Below the pieces are notes generated by a model, which did not search any database, was not told the DNA's origin, and saw nothing but the letters and a program-made list of their open reading frames with translations. DNA of 62,381 nucleotides, counting the filler, from Sphacelaria rigidula (Eukaryota), in NCBI GenBank assembly GCA_964200075.2. It is 7 parts of 7 records of this genome, joined end to end, with 100 filler letters (N's around TTAATTAATTAA, not from the genome) between each part and the next. Parts side by side here need not be neighbours in the genome. Positions count along the whole stretch, not along the records: positions 35,707 to 44,531 come from CAXNAA020010011.1; positions 44,632 to 53,456 come from CAXNAA020010012.1; 5 more parts are not named here. The stretch is one strand, 5' to 3'. Positions 36,399 through 49,068 of this stretch are shown piece by piece. Made by a program: the position numbers and the translations under genes. Positions within the stretch are counted from its first letter, which is position 1; each line of letters begins with the position of its first letter.

Positions 36399-37048
36399 AG
36401 TGCCACCCTGAGCCATGTCGCAGAGTAAAAAACACCGTGGCGTTAGCCGTGTCCATCTTCGTAGACGGTGTGTGCGGCGGCAGCGGTGGTTGAGCTGTTC
36501 GGGTCAAGCACGGTGGTTGCCGTTTGCAGACACACACACTTTTGAAGTGAAAAGTATAAACAATCCAGTACGAGTAGCGACCTATTCGCCTGCTGTGCTG
36601 CCACAACTGTACGCTACCGCACTGTCTGTAAAGCCCACAGCTGGTCGTATGGCGGGTGTCGTGTCTCCACGTATACAACTGGCAGATAGCAAGCATGCTG
36701 CTGCAAACTTTGCACTGAGCTTACTACAGTTGGTAAATTTATATGTGCGTGCTGCTGCTGCATTCTGGGAAGGCCGGTCAATCACCCCCTTGCCTTTCCG
36801 GTCTCTCTCTCCCCCCCGTTTCACAGAGAGGTTGGAGAAATATGTTTACCGTAGTTTTGAATGCCATACACGGGCAGGCAGCAGCTTCCTGTCCTTCGTT
36901 TTGCCGGCGAACTCAAGCCAACGGCGAGATCAGCGCCGTCTCCGGAATGAGATATCTAACAGCGATGGCAAAACTCGATAATGATGGACCGCTTTGAGAT
37001 ATCTAAAATCTCAGGACTTCTCTCAAAATACACTTCTTCAATAGTAAT

Positions 37049-37318
37049 GGACCTTGTCGACACTATGTGTTTCGGATATCCCCGAATTTTCGGGCTTTTT
37101 GGACTTTGCGTTCAGAATTCTCCGAAAACGCAGCGGCTTAATTTTCCTCCGAAGCGTCACTTTTGGACAAGTCCAACAAATTCGGACTGCAACGCAGGAC
37201 TTCGGAGAGCTGCCGCGTGTGTGCGCCTTGGCGCTCGCAAGCGATCGAGAGTCATTAGGTGCCTTGCCAATCCCGAAAATTTCGGAGATCACCAAAACAG
37301 AGTCGATCATAATGGGTC
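37049..37318. mobile_element. Third copy of the same MITE family
   Basis: TTTTCCTCCGAAG..TTTTGGA.AAGTCC..TTCGGACTGCA.CGCA..CCTTGCCAA shared with 36270-36398. Confidence 0.7.
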
Positions 37319-39805
37319 TTACCCACCCTGGTGGTCAAAATGTTATTATCGGGCACAGAGCCCACAGATGAGGGCAAAAAATATGAAATGCAACATTGAA
37401 GGACCAGTCGAAGCCGTTCAAAGCATGAAAATGCGGGAACCCTCCACTGGTCAATGAGTAATGACTTATAATTAATTGGTTCGCACGTTGCGCCGCTGCA
37501 GATAGACAGCTGCGACGATCAATCGCAGGATACAGCAGTCCGTGCTCGCTCAGATTGTTTACCCCAACCTCCAGGAACTCCTCTCTTGGCCGCAAGGGGC
37601 AGGTGAACAAAAGAGAAATGAGTCCTACACCCAGATTAGAATTTTTACGGCAATAGATACTGGTACCTGCCGAACACACAAGCTCGATCCACAGATGTGG
37701 TACATTAACATGTACATGGGCTCAGGAGCACTGCAAGCAGGGTCGGACAAATAATTATTCGTCTGGAAATTGTTTGGTTGTACAACTTGGAGTATGATGA
37801 GTCGGCTCGTGACGGATCAATCCCTAGGCTTTATTTCAGCGTTGCAACCCAGGTACACGCAGCCCAGACACGTGAAAAGATCGGAAAGANNNNNNNNNNC
37901 TCCCTTTTGGGCAATCAGGCCGAAAAAATCGTGAATTTGGTGATTTTGAGTCGTGATGATTTGTCCTAACCGCGCACTGCTTCGTGATCAAAATGGTTAT
38001 GATCCTGCAGATGCCTATGGATGAGTCTGAGCGAACGAAGAGAAAGTGCACCCGGGTGCACACGCGATTGTTATGTTCACCCCGAGATAATGGCCAATAC
38101 AACGTGCGGCTACTCATTGCGGAGGGGGAAGGCAGCGGGTTTACGGAGACCAATGCAGAGCTAGATCGAGGACTATTTGTGTGGCAACACCGTATCTGGG
38201 AGAGAGACCCAGTAGCAGCTGGCCAGCAATACCCATTGATAGACACGATTTGGATCCTATTGTGGCTATCAATTGCCAGTGCTGTCAGCGATTCAGAGCC
38301 TTTTGCGGGATATCTCTTCGCACAGTTCCCTCGTGTGTAGTTCAGCGCGTGTCTCAGGGTCTCGGGGCCCTTCATATCGAAGAAAATTTACCTTTTTCAA
38401 GATCCCCTTTTGAAGCAAAATCCTCTTTTGAAAAGGGATTGCCGACACAACGACCAGTTTTGCGTCTTACCGAGAATCGAGAACCTATATTGTACAGATC
38501 AGACCCCACATCTGCACGCAGGTTCAGAAACGAGGCGGTTCTGGAAGTGGTCCTTAGTCCAAAGTCTTCGTAATGCTCCAGACAAGACGCAGAAAGGCAA
38601 CACAACACCTACACACCCCAGCCCCGAAAAAACACGCGCAGACACCCACCACTCACGCGCATGATTTTCAGCGCTAGCCCTTGCTAATTTACACATGGCA
38701 GTCTTTCTTTGACGGAAATCCGTTCTGTATTGGACAGGTGGCAGCCGCGTGCGTGTCAAAAAGAACCGAAACTGTGTCATTGCTGACCGTTTGTGTGCGT
38801 GTGGTGCGAGCGCGTCTCACACAAATCATCATTTTTCAATGAATTCTAGACAGATCTGAGCAAGGTAACAGCTGATGAGCAGCTACGGCTGGAGCTGTGT
38901 GTTTTCGGTTTGTGGAGGCATCAAGTGCCTCAGGTTCAGCTCTGATTGTGTTAGGTTGTATGGTAGGCCTTTGCATGTGCCCCTGACAACGGGTTATTTA
39001 TGTTCCTCTTCGAGGTGTCCGGAAATCCCCCTTTGAAAAGAAAAAGGGAGTTTGCAGGCACGTTTCTTAGGGGGTTGGTATCGCAGCCATCAATCAGCGA
39101 ACGAATTTCAAAAAAGAGATTTTGAAAAAGGAGATATTTTCTTAATCTGTAGCACGTTTTTTTCGTTTGAAAAAAGTGCGATAGAAAAGAAAAAAATCGA
39201 TATGATAGATCAATCGCATTTCTATTCCTATTTGGCTTCAACTTTGGTTTATAACTAGTGGCGCGCGGACAAGAAGTGGAAAACAATAAAGCTGAGCTTT
39301 TCCGATCGGAAACATGCGGTCAGAAGGCACGAAGGGGCACTTGGTTCCTATCTTACAGGCCACCACGGAAGATACTACCCGTTCACAGAATCTTGCAAAC
39401 TCCACACAACTCATTCTCAGCTACAACCGCAACCCTGCAGCATAGAACACGAGAACAGGAATAACAGATGTACTGCAGTAGTTGGGTATGCTTTGTTTCT
39501 TTATTATAGGCGAAAAATCGAGCATCCTCTTTCATGGTGGGGATCAGCGAGGTAGGGTGAGCAACCGACTTGAGTACATACTCATGCACAGTACAGGTGT
39601 CCAAGTCCTTTTCACGTCGCATTTCAAGTAGAGGGACATATTGTCCTGCGCTGTCAAAACTGCAGGCTGCCCGCTTCTTACGAAACACGCACACACAGTC
39701 GAGGCACTGCATGCAAATAGTGCAGACAATACAGAATATTTACTGTACACGAGCAACCATGTACCTCTTCACGAATTTTACTGCATTTTTCCAAGGTTGT
39801 GTTCT

Positions 39806-40380
39806 GTAAGGTACGGGTACGTTCTGTAGGGTAGGAGATTCCATACGGAGTTTACAGAACTGTCGGGTACCGGTTTGGAAGTCTTACAGTGTTTACAGAA
39901 CTGTCGGGTACAGGTATGAAAGTGTTACAGACTTTACAGAACTTGTCGGGTACGGGAGGGGAGGCGTACAGGGAACGGGTAGCGGCGGACGGNNNNNNNN
40001 NNTACCGGCAGTCGGGTAACTCTTTTCGAGTGTACCCGCCCCTCGGGTTCGGGTAAATGTATTGTACAGAACTTACACAACTGTCGGGTACCGGTATGAA
40101 AGTGTTACAGACTTTACAGAACTTGTCGGGTTCGGTATGGGAGACTTACAGAGAACCGGTACCGGTAATCGGGTAACTCTCTTCGGGTGTACCCGCCCTT
40201 CGGGTTCGGGTAAATGTATTGTACAGAACTTACAGAACTATCAGGTAAGGGTATGAAAGTCTTACAGAGACTACAGAACTGTCGGGTACCGGTATGAAAG
40301 TCTTACAGAAGTCACAGAACTGTCGGGTGCGGTAAATACCCGGCAAAATACCCCGGGTATATAGCAAACCGTACCCTACC
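39806..40380. repeat. Tandem-repeat-rich element (units TACAGAACT(T)GTCGGGTACCGGTATGAAAGT), including a ~175-bp direct duplication
   Basis: More than 10 TACAGAACT/CGGGTAC motifs; ~40003-40075 is duplicated at ~40180-40240; ends GTAAGGTACGG / CCGTACCCTAC. Confidence 0.8.
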
Positions 40381-42299
40381 GGGCATAGCCTTGGATTTTT
40401 GTAGTAAAATGTGAAAATCAACCAATCAGAGGCCCTTCCTTCAGTGAGGAATCGGCGGAATCTAGCGCCAATGAAATGCGACCTTCATAGTGAATATGTA
40501 GTAAAAAATGCTTGTGATTGGCTCGCAGACTCGAGTCACACCTGTAGTTTACGCCTGGACGGATAGAGCAGCAGCAGCGAAACGAAGCTGCGAGCAGACA
40601 AGCAGACAGCGAGTGGTACATTGCCGCCATAGTGGGTCATTGCGATGCTCGTGTGTATCGGTAAACCCCCATCTTACTGTGGCTGACCGTGTCTTTCCGT
40701 GACCGCGAGCGCCGATGCCAGCGGCAGCAGCCGCCATGCTGACGGATGCGAGCAGTACCCTGGCGGTGCAGTATATCGGCACTGTGCTGTGTGTTGCTCC
40801 TTTCATCGGAGCACCGGGTCTGGCCCAGCCCGTCGAGTGGTGTTTACCGGCGCTGGTTGTGTGTCTTCACCCAGCCATGTTCGATATCGCGCAAGTGATG
40901 GGTCTGGGTGATATGATTTTTTCAACAGACATTTTATACTAGTGTTTACAGTATACCGCACTGCGTCCCGACTTATACTATATTTTACAGGGCGAGATGA
41001 ACACAACCATACAGCACCTCAAGCAATCTAAGCGGAGATCGAACCCTCTTCGCGAGATCTAAACACACCACAGAACAGTGATAAGCTGAAGCACATGTGA
41101 GACCGGGCGTGAATGTGTTTGTGCTGCAGCACGGTGAAACAGGACATGTCCCATGTTTTAGTCCTTCGGCTGACTTTCAAGTGGTCGTCAGTGTTTGCTG
41201 AGTGCCAATCTTGAACGCTCGACCATAATGGCGCTTCGCACAAATAATTAAATTTACTACAAAACTATCCCCATGTATGGGTCCTGCGCCGCTTTTTTGG
41301 CCCTTCTCCGTCGTTTAACGCCCGAAAGAGGGTCAGGCGGATGTTGACATCCTTGAATGACTTGCTCTACTCGTTAATACCGTTCTGGGACACCCTTGAG
41401 TTTTCCGGTTGCCACAAATTGTTTTTTTACCAAACTGGCATTTTCAATAACGAATGGTCAAGTGATGGAAAAAACTGGCAGTTTCCCCCCTGTTTTTTAT
41501 AATGTCGTGGGTTCCTATGGGCAGGGTTGGGCGCGATGGTTCCTGTTGCCCACCCGCGGGTCTTGTCTAAAAAAGCACGAGAAAGTATCAGTCGTCCATG
41601 AGATACGTACGATACGTAATACGTGATACGTGATGATGAATGCCTTCGTGTGTGCAATGATGTAAAAAACAATATTGCCAAAACAGTTTGTCCATGTTGT
41701 ACGTACGATACGTCATGACCGATGTGGCTGTGTGTGTGTGCGATACTTACAAAAAATATGTTGCCGAGACGTGTAGTAAGTACTCTGTACTGGGCATCTG
41801 ATGCGGGCGCCTTCCGTGGTTACAGGCTAACTGCCCAGAAATCGGGTGTAAGATATTAACAATTAAAAAAATGGACACGGTAAAATTCACGCAGACGCGA
41901 TACAGAAAAGAAAAATAAGGCAAATCAGTAAAAATAATCATGAAGAAAAGAGAGAAGGGGATAAAAACTGCCAACTCCATAACTTCCGGTGCCACAGGCG
42001 ACCATTCGGGCTACCGGGGGCAGGGCCCAATGGTTCAGTCAACACGCGCGGCCAATCAGGAATTAAGCCAAACTCAGGGACCAAGATCATCAACCATAGT
42101 GATAAAATCGCAGGGTTCTATCCTTGAACCTCTGGAGGAACAGTCATGTGTACGGATGTACTGTTATAGGGATGATAGAAAAAGTACCACATTTCAGCAC
42201 ACCACCTCGGGGGAGGGGTGCATGGAAGGCATCAATTAGTAGGGGGAAAGAAGTCCTACCACTTCCGCCATGTTCAGTGCGGTACAAGCTGGCCACACA

Positions 42300-43075
42300 A
42301 TATTTTATCTCCTGCCTACCCCCCTCATCGTTCTTGTGCCGAGATATGATAAACCTCTCCGCTCCCTGCAGCACCCCCGCGTGCCACGGTATCCCTCCTT
42401 CCTTCGCTGCTGAGAGCCAGAGGACACTTGCAACTCCGAACGTCTGTCGGTTGTCGTCCGTGGAGCCGTTCGTGGCTCCGAAAGCTTTAAAATCGTCCCT
42501 GAAACACTTCAGCCAGTTTTGCTCCGGGCACCCTGGTCCTGGGTCCTCCCCCCCTTCGAGTGCTCCAGATGCCAGCCGCTTTGGTAGTCGTCCACCCGGT
42601 TGATTAGCCAGGGGCCTGGCGAATATCAGCCGGCGTTGCCAGACGATGACTTCAGCATTTTGATAATCCGGTCTTCTTGAGAGCCTGGGCGTACGATAAC
42701 TATCGGTATATGCCACGCACGCGGCTGTAGTGTACCGTCCTCAGCAACCGGTAGTGCTCGCGGCGCGGGGCCCACATCATGCATCGTACAGTAGGGCCTC
42801 CATGCCTCCGCCTTCAGTAGTCGGACCTCGAGTCTCGACAGTGCTTTCGGTCGGTCAAAGAGCTCGCGGTAAAACTTTCTGATGCACGCCCCCGCGGCTC
42901 TGCTCCGGTTGTTGATCTCTTGTGTGAGTTTGCCAACTCCGGTGACGAGCGCACCCAAGTATCGGAAACCGGTGGTTTGTGCATCCGTCTGGCCCGCTGC
43001 TTCGATCACCAGTAGTGGGGGAGGTGGTGTTGGTGGCTTCCCCTTCTGTCGCGATTTTTCTGGTGCGAAAACGAA
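42300..43075 (-). mobile_element. 5'-truncated RTE-clade LINE (RT C-terminal region)
   Basis: FRYLG..LTQEINNR..A..F..LKAE..; RRLIFA..GRLPKRL..G.L.G..GPG.PEQNW.KC..DD.KAFG, typical of the RTE ORF C-terminus. Confidence 0.85.
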
Positions 43076-43648
43076 TTGCAATCGGACTAATATTATGCAT
43101 GTAAAAAATACACGACCCTAGCACAGGCACCATAGGTAAGGTAAGTGCCCGGTACCGCTATTTGGGACATCTCATACCCTACCGATATCGGTCCAGTCGG
43201 GTATTTTCAAATGTCATACCTACGATACCCACATATACTGGTATTTCGAGGTGTCAATACCTACCATACCTGCCCAAACGAGTATTTTCAAAACCCGTAC
43301 CTACGATACCTGCGTTACCACGGTTTCCCAACTACGACTGAATTCCGTCGGGGTTAGGGTCAAAGTTAGGGTGGTGTGGTGTGGGATGAGATGGGATGGG
43401 GATGGGTTTGAGTACATGGTCAAGTTGTTTGGATGATGCAACAGTGGCAAAAAGGGACCACTTTGTAGACAAGTACTACCATGCGCGGGTCCAACAAAAT
43501 CGTAGACCCGTAAGGTACGTGCGGAGTGAAATCAGTCATTCTGGTCTTCGCTTGTTGTATGTTTTCCCCCTCCGAAACGGAACACACATCCGCACGCCAA
43601 CTGCACGTACGTACCAACTCCACAAGTTCAAAACCCCACCCCGCGCAG

Positions 43649-43972
43649 GCATCCACATTTCTCGAGAGCCCCTTGCCGAGTCACGACGATCAAGAGACCT
43701 CGGGCAGCACCAACAACAACAACGCGCAGCCCGACCGAGGAGAGATATCTGCTGCTGCTGCTGCTGCTGCTGCATCCACTGCAGTTGCTGCTAGCGCCGC
43801 TGCTGGTGAAACGGCACGCCGAGCCCGCAAGCGGCAACGCGGCGACAGGACCCGCGGTCGTAGCGAGTTCGACGGTGGTCTGGTGACGCGGACGGGGCAC
43901 CGGCTGACGAGCTTCGCGCGGCATGTTCAGCGTGTTCCGGCTGCCGCCATGGAACCGGAAATAATCATGAAG
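43649..43972 (+). CDS. Orphan internal exon of an unknown gene (poly-Ala, basic NLS-like RRARKRQR)
   Basis: CGCGCAG|GCA acceptor and AAG|GTTAG donor; 324 bp, phase 0/0, GC-rich codons. Confidence 0.55.
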
Positions 43973-44531
43973 GTTAGCTGCCACACGCCCGCTTGCCTGC
44001 CTGCTGAGCTGTTTTGGGGGAGGTGCTTGATTTTTTGCCCGCACGATCGAGTTTTCGCCGTTTCATCGGACATGCGTGTATACAAAGCGACAGGCGCCTT
44101 GCGAGCTGTGTCACGTTTTCGCACATCGTGTCGTGTTTCCCCTGCGAGCATCTTCATTCCTCCACGACGATGACGAAAAAGATGTTTCAGGCGGCCCCGA
44201 TAATTTTTAGAAAGCCCAAGGGACGGCATATTTTGTATTTCCGGTTCAGGCACCACACACAAAAAGTATCGTTTCAACCCAAAAATTGCGGCCGGGCGGG
44301 TGGAGGGCGGGCGTACCCACTTGTTGCTTGCCTTAGTCGTTTGACCATTAACCACGCATCCCTTTCGAGACGGAGCAACGGGGGAGTGGAGGGGGTGGGG
44401 CGGTGTACTCATGATCCTGCGTTCCGTAGTCATATTACCATTGCCGTCGCATCTTCACAAAGAGGAGGGGGGGGGGCGTTCTCATGTGTTGCTGGCCTTA
44501 GTCGTCTGACCATTGACCACGCATCCCTTTC

Positions 44532-44631
44532 NNNNNNNNNNNNNNNNNNNNNNNNNNNNNNNNNNNNNNNNNNNNTTAATTAATTAANNNNNNNNNNNNN
44601 NNNNNNNNNNNNNNNNNNNNNNNNNNNNNNN
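44532..44631. other. Artificial scaffold linker
   Basis: N44-TTAATTAATTAA-N44. Confidence 0.98.
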
Positions 44632-47600
44632 AATATATCGCCGTGGTGCTCCCTTCAACTACAAAGTCATTTCCGAGGGAAAATACTTTTGCACCTCCAG
44701 GATACAATTTCACGTGTCGTTCATCCTCAACAAAAAGCACCATCCTCAACATAGATGATCCGCTGTTTCAAGTTTTTTTTTTCGGTACATTCATCTATAT
44801 ATACATAGTTTTTTCACTTGATCCATCATACTGTACACACAGTCGAGTGCAGCACTCATTTTTTTCTGTTGTAGAGCACACTCGTCGGCTCGGCTCTTTG
44901 TTGGTTGCACACAGCCTTCGCGATGAGCAAAGCTGTGTCGCTGTTGCTTCGGCCTTATAGGTGCTTGGTCGGTGCTTCGCATTTCCTTGCGGCCCATTTG
45001 TTGTTTTGGTTGACTGCACAGCTGCTCGCGACCCCTCTTGTTTCGACAACCGGGGTGGAGACCATGCAGTGCTTGGATTGTGTGTTGACCTTCAACAGAA
45101 ACGAGCTCTATGATCTATGTTGTCCAAGAACCCCCCCTCGCCCCCCGCGCACCCCCCCCTTTGTTTTGGATAGCCGCGGTGTTCGACATACCGAGATCTA
45201 TGGCATATCTGTACAAAACCCGCCCCCCGCCATGCCATCCCCTTCTCCTTTCACGCTGTGCGCACTGCACCGCTTGCGATTGTTTCTTCACAAGCGGAAC
45301 AACTACCGTTGGTAAAACATTTAACTGCATGCTGCAGCTTCCAGCACGCCGTCTGTACTATTCCGAGTTGTCGAAAATCTTTACGATATTGGTGCAGGCA
45401 CTGAAACTTGCGGCACTGATCGCGTACGACAGCGGCCATGGACGGCGTGTATCCACTCGATTGCACTGTATAGCGTAGTACAACGCCACAACTGCGTACT
45501 ATCTGTGCTGTATCACCCCCCAATTTTTTAATTCCACAGTACACGTGACCTTACTGTCCGGTATCGTATCGTATGTCGATACGATACCGCACTGTACTGA
45601 GTCATACTGTCTGTGCTTCGTCTGTACTGTGCTGTAGATACGGAATTTGTTTTTTGGTCGCCGGTGTATTTCGCTTGTCGGCCTGCACTGCATGTCACCC
45701 AATCGCAGCGGACCTCACGATCCTGCCGACGGTACCGTCAGCTGGACAGTACATCAGAGTGTCGGGATATCGCCAACGTTCAGTTGCGAATCGCGCCAGC
45801 TACTGTTTCTCATGTTGCCAAACCTTCCCAAGCGCTCGTACAGGACTTGGCGGGTTGATATTGATGTTTGCTGAGCCTCGTGAGTACAGATTTGTTTTTT
45901 CATGGCGGCATGATTGAATATTCGGTATCTCTGAACAGTACTGCATGAAGCGGTCATCTTATGCCAGGCACTATTGAGATTGTGTCGTGCACCCATTTTG
46001 TTTTAGGTTTTTGCGATTTTTTCTTCATTTTCTGCGTTCACCTCGCCCCAACACCTGATTAATTAGGTGGCGGGCCGGGTAAGTGTGCGGTGTGCACTGA
46101 GCTGCATGTCTTCAGCAACGGTACCAACCACCGTCGTGATCACCAGTCGATTATCTCCTTGGCTTTTCGCACCATGAAATTGGCGATAAGCACGTCAAAT
46201 CAGCACGTCCACGGACCTCATCGAAACACCGATGTGGAACCGTTACGTCGACCCTCCTTCAAATTGACTAGATCCGCCCCTGTAGTCAATGTTGTGGCAT
46301 TTGGTTTCATGAAGATTCTAGGTATACCGCGGCTGATTGCGTACCTATACATTTGATGCGCACCTGTGAGAAGCTTTTCACAAACGGGTTCGGTGTGCTC
46401 CGATTTTTTTCTCTTGACCAAATCCTCACAATGCGGGCGTATACATCAAAACCGTCGCCCTCAACATCGCGATTCGCGCGGTTCTCAACCATCCCCGATT
46501 TGATATTGTAACCACGGTGGTGATCACAGCAATCTCAACCCACAGTGCGATCAATCGTTTTTTCAGGCTCGGGCGCAAAGGCTTTCGGCCCAAGCCTACC
46601 AATACATTCTGGCGCTTTTCACCCGTTTGCGCAGGGTCAATCATAAGACGGCACACGCCCCCTTATGATTGAACTTGCACAACAGTTGAGCCCCGCCAGA
46701 TTGATTTCTATCCCTCAACTGATGCTCACGCGCCACTTGATGATGTTTTGGCATTTACCAAACCCCGCGTTTTCAAATAAGCATACAGCGGGGCGATTCA
46801 GAGTGTATCGCTGCCTCAAAATTGATCGTCGTCCTCTGCCCGTTTGAATACACTTCGCGTTCAGTACTCAATGTCTACCACAGGCCCACATTAGGGAACC
46901 AACGATTGGAAGTGCCCCCCTTTTATTTCGCTCGGCCAGTAGACACATATCACAGAACTGAATCAATGCCGTACAGCACAGGTTCAGGTTTGTGGTGCGA
47001 GTACACCGGGCTCGATCAGACTTGTCATGATGGGCTCCATGGCAGCAGAATCCCGTGCATCGTTACATGACTCCCAATTGCGCAACGACCAACCCCAGTA
47101 TTTTGATTCTAGAGCTGATCACCTAGTCTTACCTCCAAGTGGTATTAATCGTAACCAGTTGGATCCTTTCTCCGCGCGGGATCGACAGTATGTAGTGTAA
47201 CACCTCCCGCCTCCGAAGCAGGTACATCTTTTGTCGCGGTAGCTGTTACCCGCGCAACTGTTCACTGCGAGACAAAACAATCAAGGCCACACACCAGCCC
47301 CCAAACATGCTTTGGTGCCAAGCCGACCTCTGTTACACCCACGAACGAAATAACGTCGGTGCCCGATCCCCTTTTACTTGGTGAGCAAAACGTTTCGAGC
47401 ACGGAGCGCAACCGTGTCGAACCCGGCTTTCCGTCGCTCAGCGGGTTGGGAAGGAACCCCAAGCACAGCGCCGGTGGAGCGCCACGAGCGTGACCAAGGG
47501 CGGATTGCCCTTGACCAATTCCCAATAGCCCCCGGCGCAGCCAAACCTTTGGTGCGCTATACGCGTCACCCTCGGCGGGCTCCTCCGGATGACCCTGTAG

Positions 47601-48439
47601 ATATCCCTGATGGCACAGTTACACCCGTCCAACGAAGTCGTGAACGGGTGTGGGTTTCACTAGATGAAGACGATACGGTCGACCAGGCCAGTGTTTCCCA
47701 GATTTCGAACAGATCAACACTGCTCCCTGCCGCCCCTTCACATACTATGTCAGAACCCACCACTAAAATAGCGTTGTCATCTCTTGGGTCGGATACCTCG
47801 CTGCTAATTGGGCAATCGCTCCCTTGTCATGAAAACCCCCCGTCTGAGTCTTCATCACAAGGGAAACATAGCGTAGTGACCGACGAGCCGACGAGCCGTC
47901 CACACTTGACCGCTCGTCCCCTATTTTACCAATCTTATCCCCAACTATCACGGGTAGCGAATTGACTTGAGTGCAACCAAATCGCCTTCACCTTTTGTCA
48001 AAACGTCCCCTCGTTTGCCGGTACCAGATGCTGTAACCTCGCCAGCTTCGCAAACTGGCGCTTCGCTACTTGTTGCGGCCGATCAAGGTATCTCGAACCA
48101 GGCGCAACAGTTATCGCGGCCAGCCACGGCAACTGCGCTTCCCAGGCATCGTCAATCCGTACAGTATACGGATTTCAACACTCGACCGATTCCCCAATAC
48201 TGCAAAAGACACTCCGTGACCCAACCTACCCTCGGACAGAAATCTTGCTCCGAAGGATCATCAGCATGTGTACTTCAGCACAGCCGCTCACAATCAAAAG
48301 CACGGGCTGTCTACAGATTTCTTCCCAGAATTGGGTTGGATCTATTCAGCAGAACTGCAAACATGGATGATGCCCCCCTTCACAACGAAAGTAGTGCGTC
48401 AGCTTGCCACCAACTTGGGATGGACCCCCAATCTTAAAA

Positions 48440-49068
48440 ACTGACGGCGTGTTGTACACCGTCAGGCTTACGAATGGTTGGTGACACCACGAGGTGCAAG
48501 CGACGTCCCGGGGGCGTTTTAACGTGTGATGTTTTTTGTGAGTGATCGATTCTTCAAGTGTCATGTGTACCCCGACGATATGAAGATACACAGTAGAACA
48601 CTTCTGAACATGCCGAGCACTTCTTGACGTTTCCCTTCGCTCTCTTCGAACAGCACAACTTGAAACTTGCCCCGTCCAAATCCCGCGTTGGAGCGACTAG
48701 CATCGAATTCCTGGGCCACTGTATCAATCCTGATGGTCGTAGTCCAAACCTCAACAATGTTGTCGCACTTGAAGATGTGCCCATGCCACGGGATACATCT
48801 CAACTGCGCTCCTTCCTCGGCGGTTTCAGCTACTACCGACAGTATTTGCCGAACCTAGCCCAAATCTTGAAACCTCTCATCTCTCTTCTGAAGAAAAAAA
48901 GGAGTGAAATTCGCGTTTACCTCGGAAATGGAGAAAATAGTACTTCGACTACTTGACACCCTGTCGTGACCACCAATCTTGGCTTTCCCAGACTGATCGG
49001 CCGCTGAAAATGGTTCACGTCCATTCCGACTTCACACGGATTCCTTCAAAATTGGGTTTGGCTGCACG
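48440..49068 (+). pseudogene. Reverse transcriptase (N-terminal part deleted; YPDD) and start of RNase H
   Basis: LTACCTPSG..EWLVTPRGA..HVYPDD; HNLKLAPSK..FLGH; QLRSFLGGFSYYRQY; FRLHTD. Confidence 0.85.

Noticed and set aside
36415-36981. 188-aa ORF as a gene
   Set aside because: No recognisable domain or splice support; lies among MITEs.
39806-40380. CRISPR-like array of TACAGAACT/CGGGTAC repeats
   Set aside because: Units are degenerate and contiguous with no unique constant-length spacers; eukaryotic context and no cas genes.
39383-45315. Shared MQCLDCV peptide in ORFs 39383-39712 (-) and 44905-45315 (+) as a zinc-finger family
   Set aside because: Similarity is limited to about 25 nt and I cannot extend the alignment by eye.
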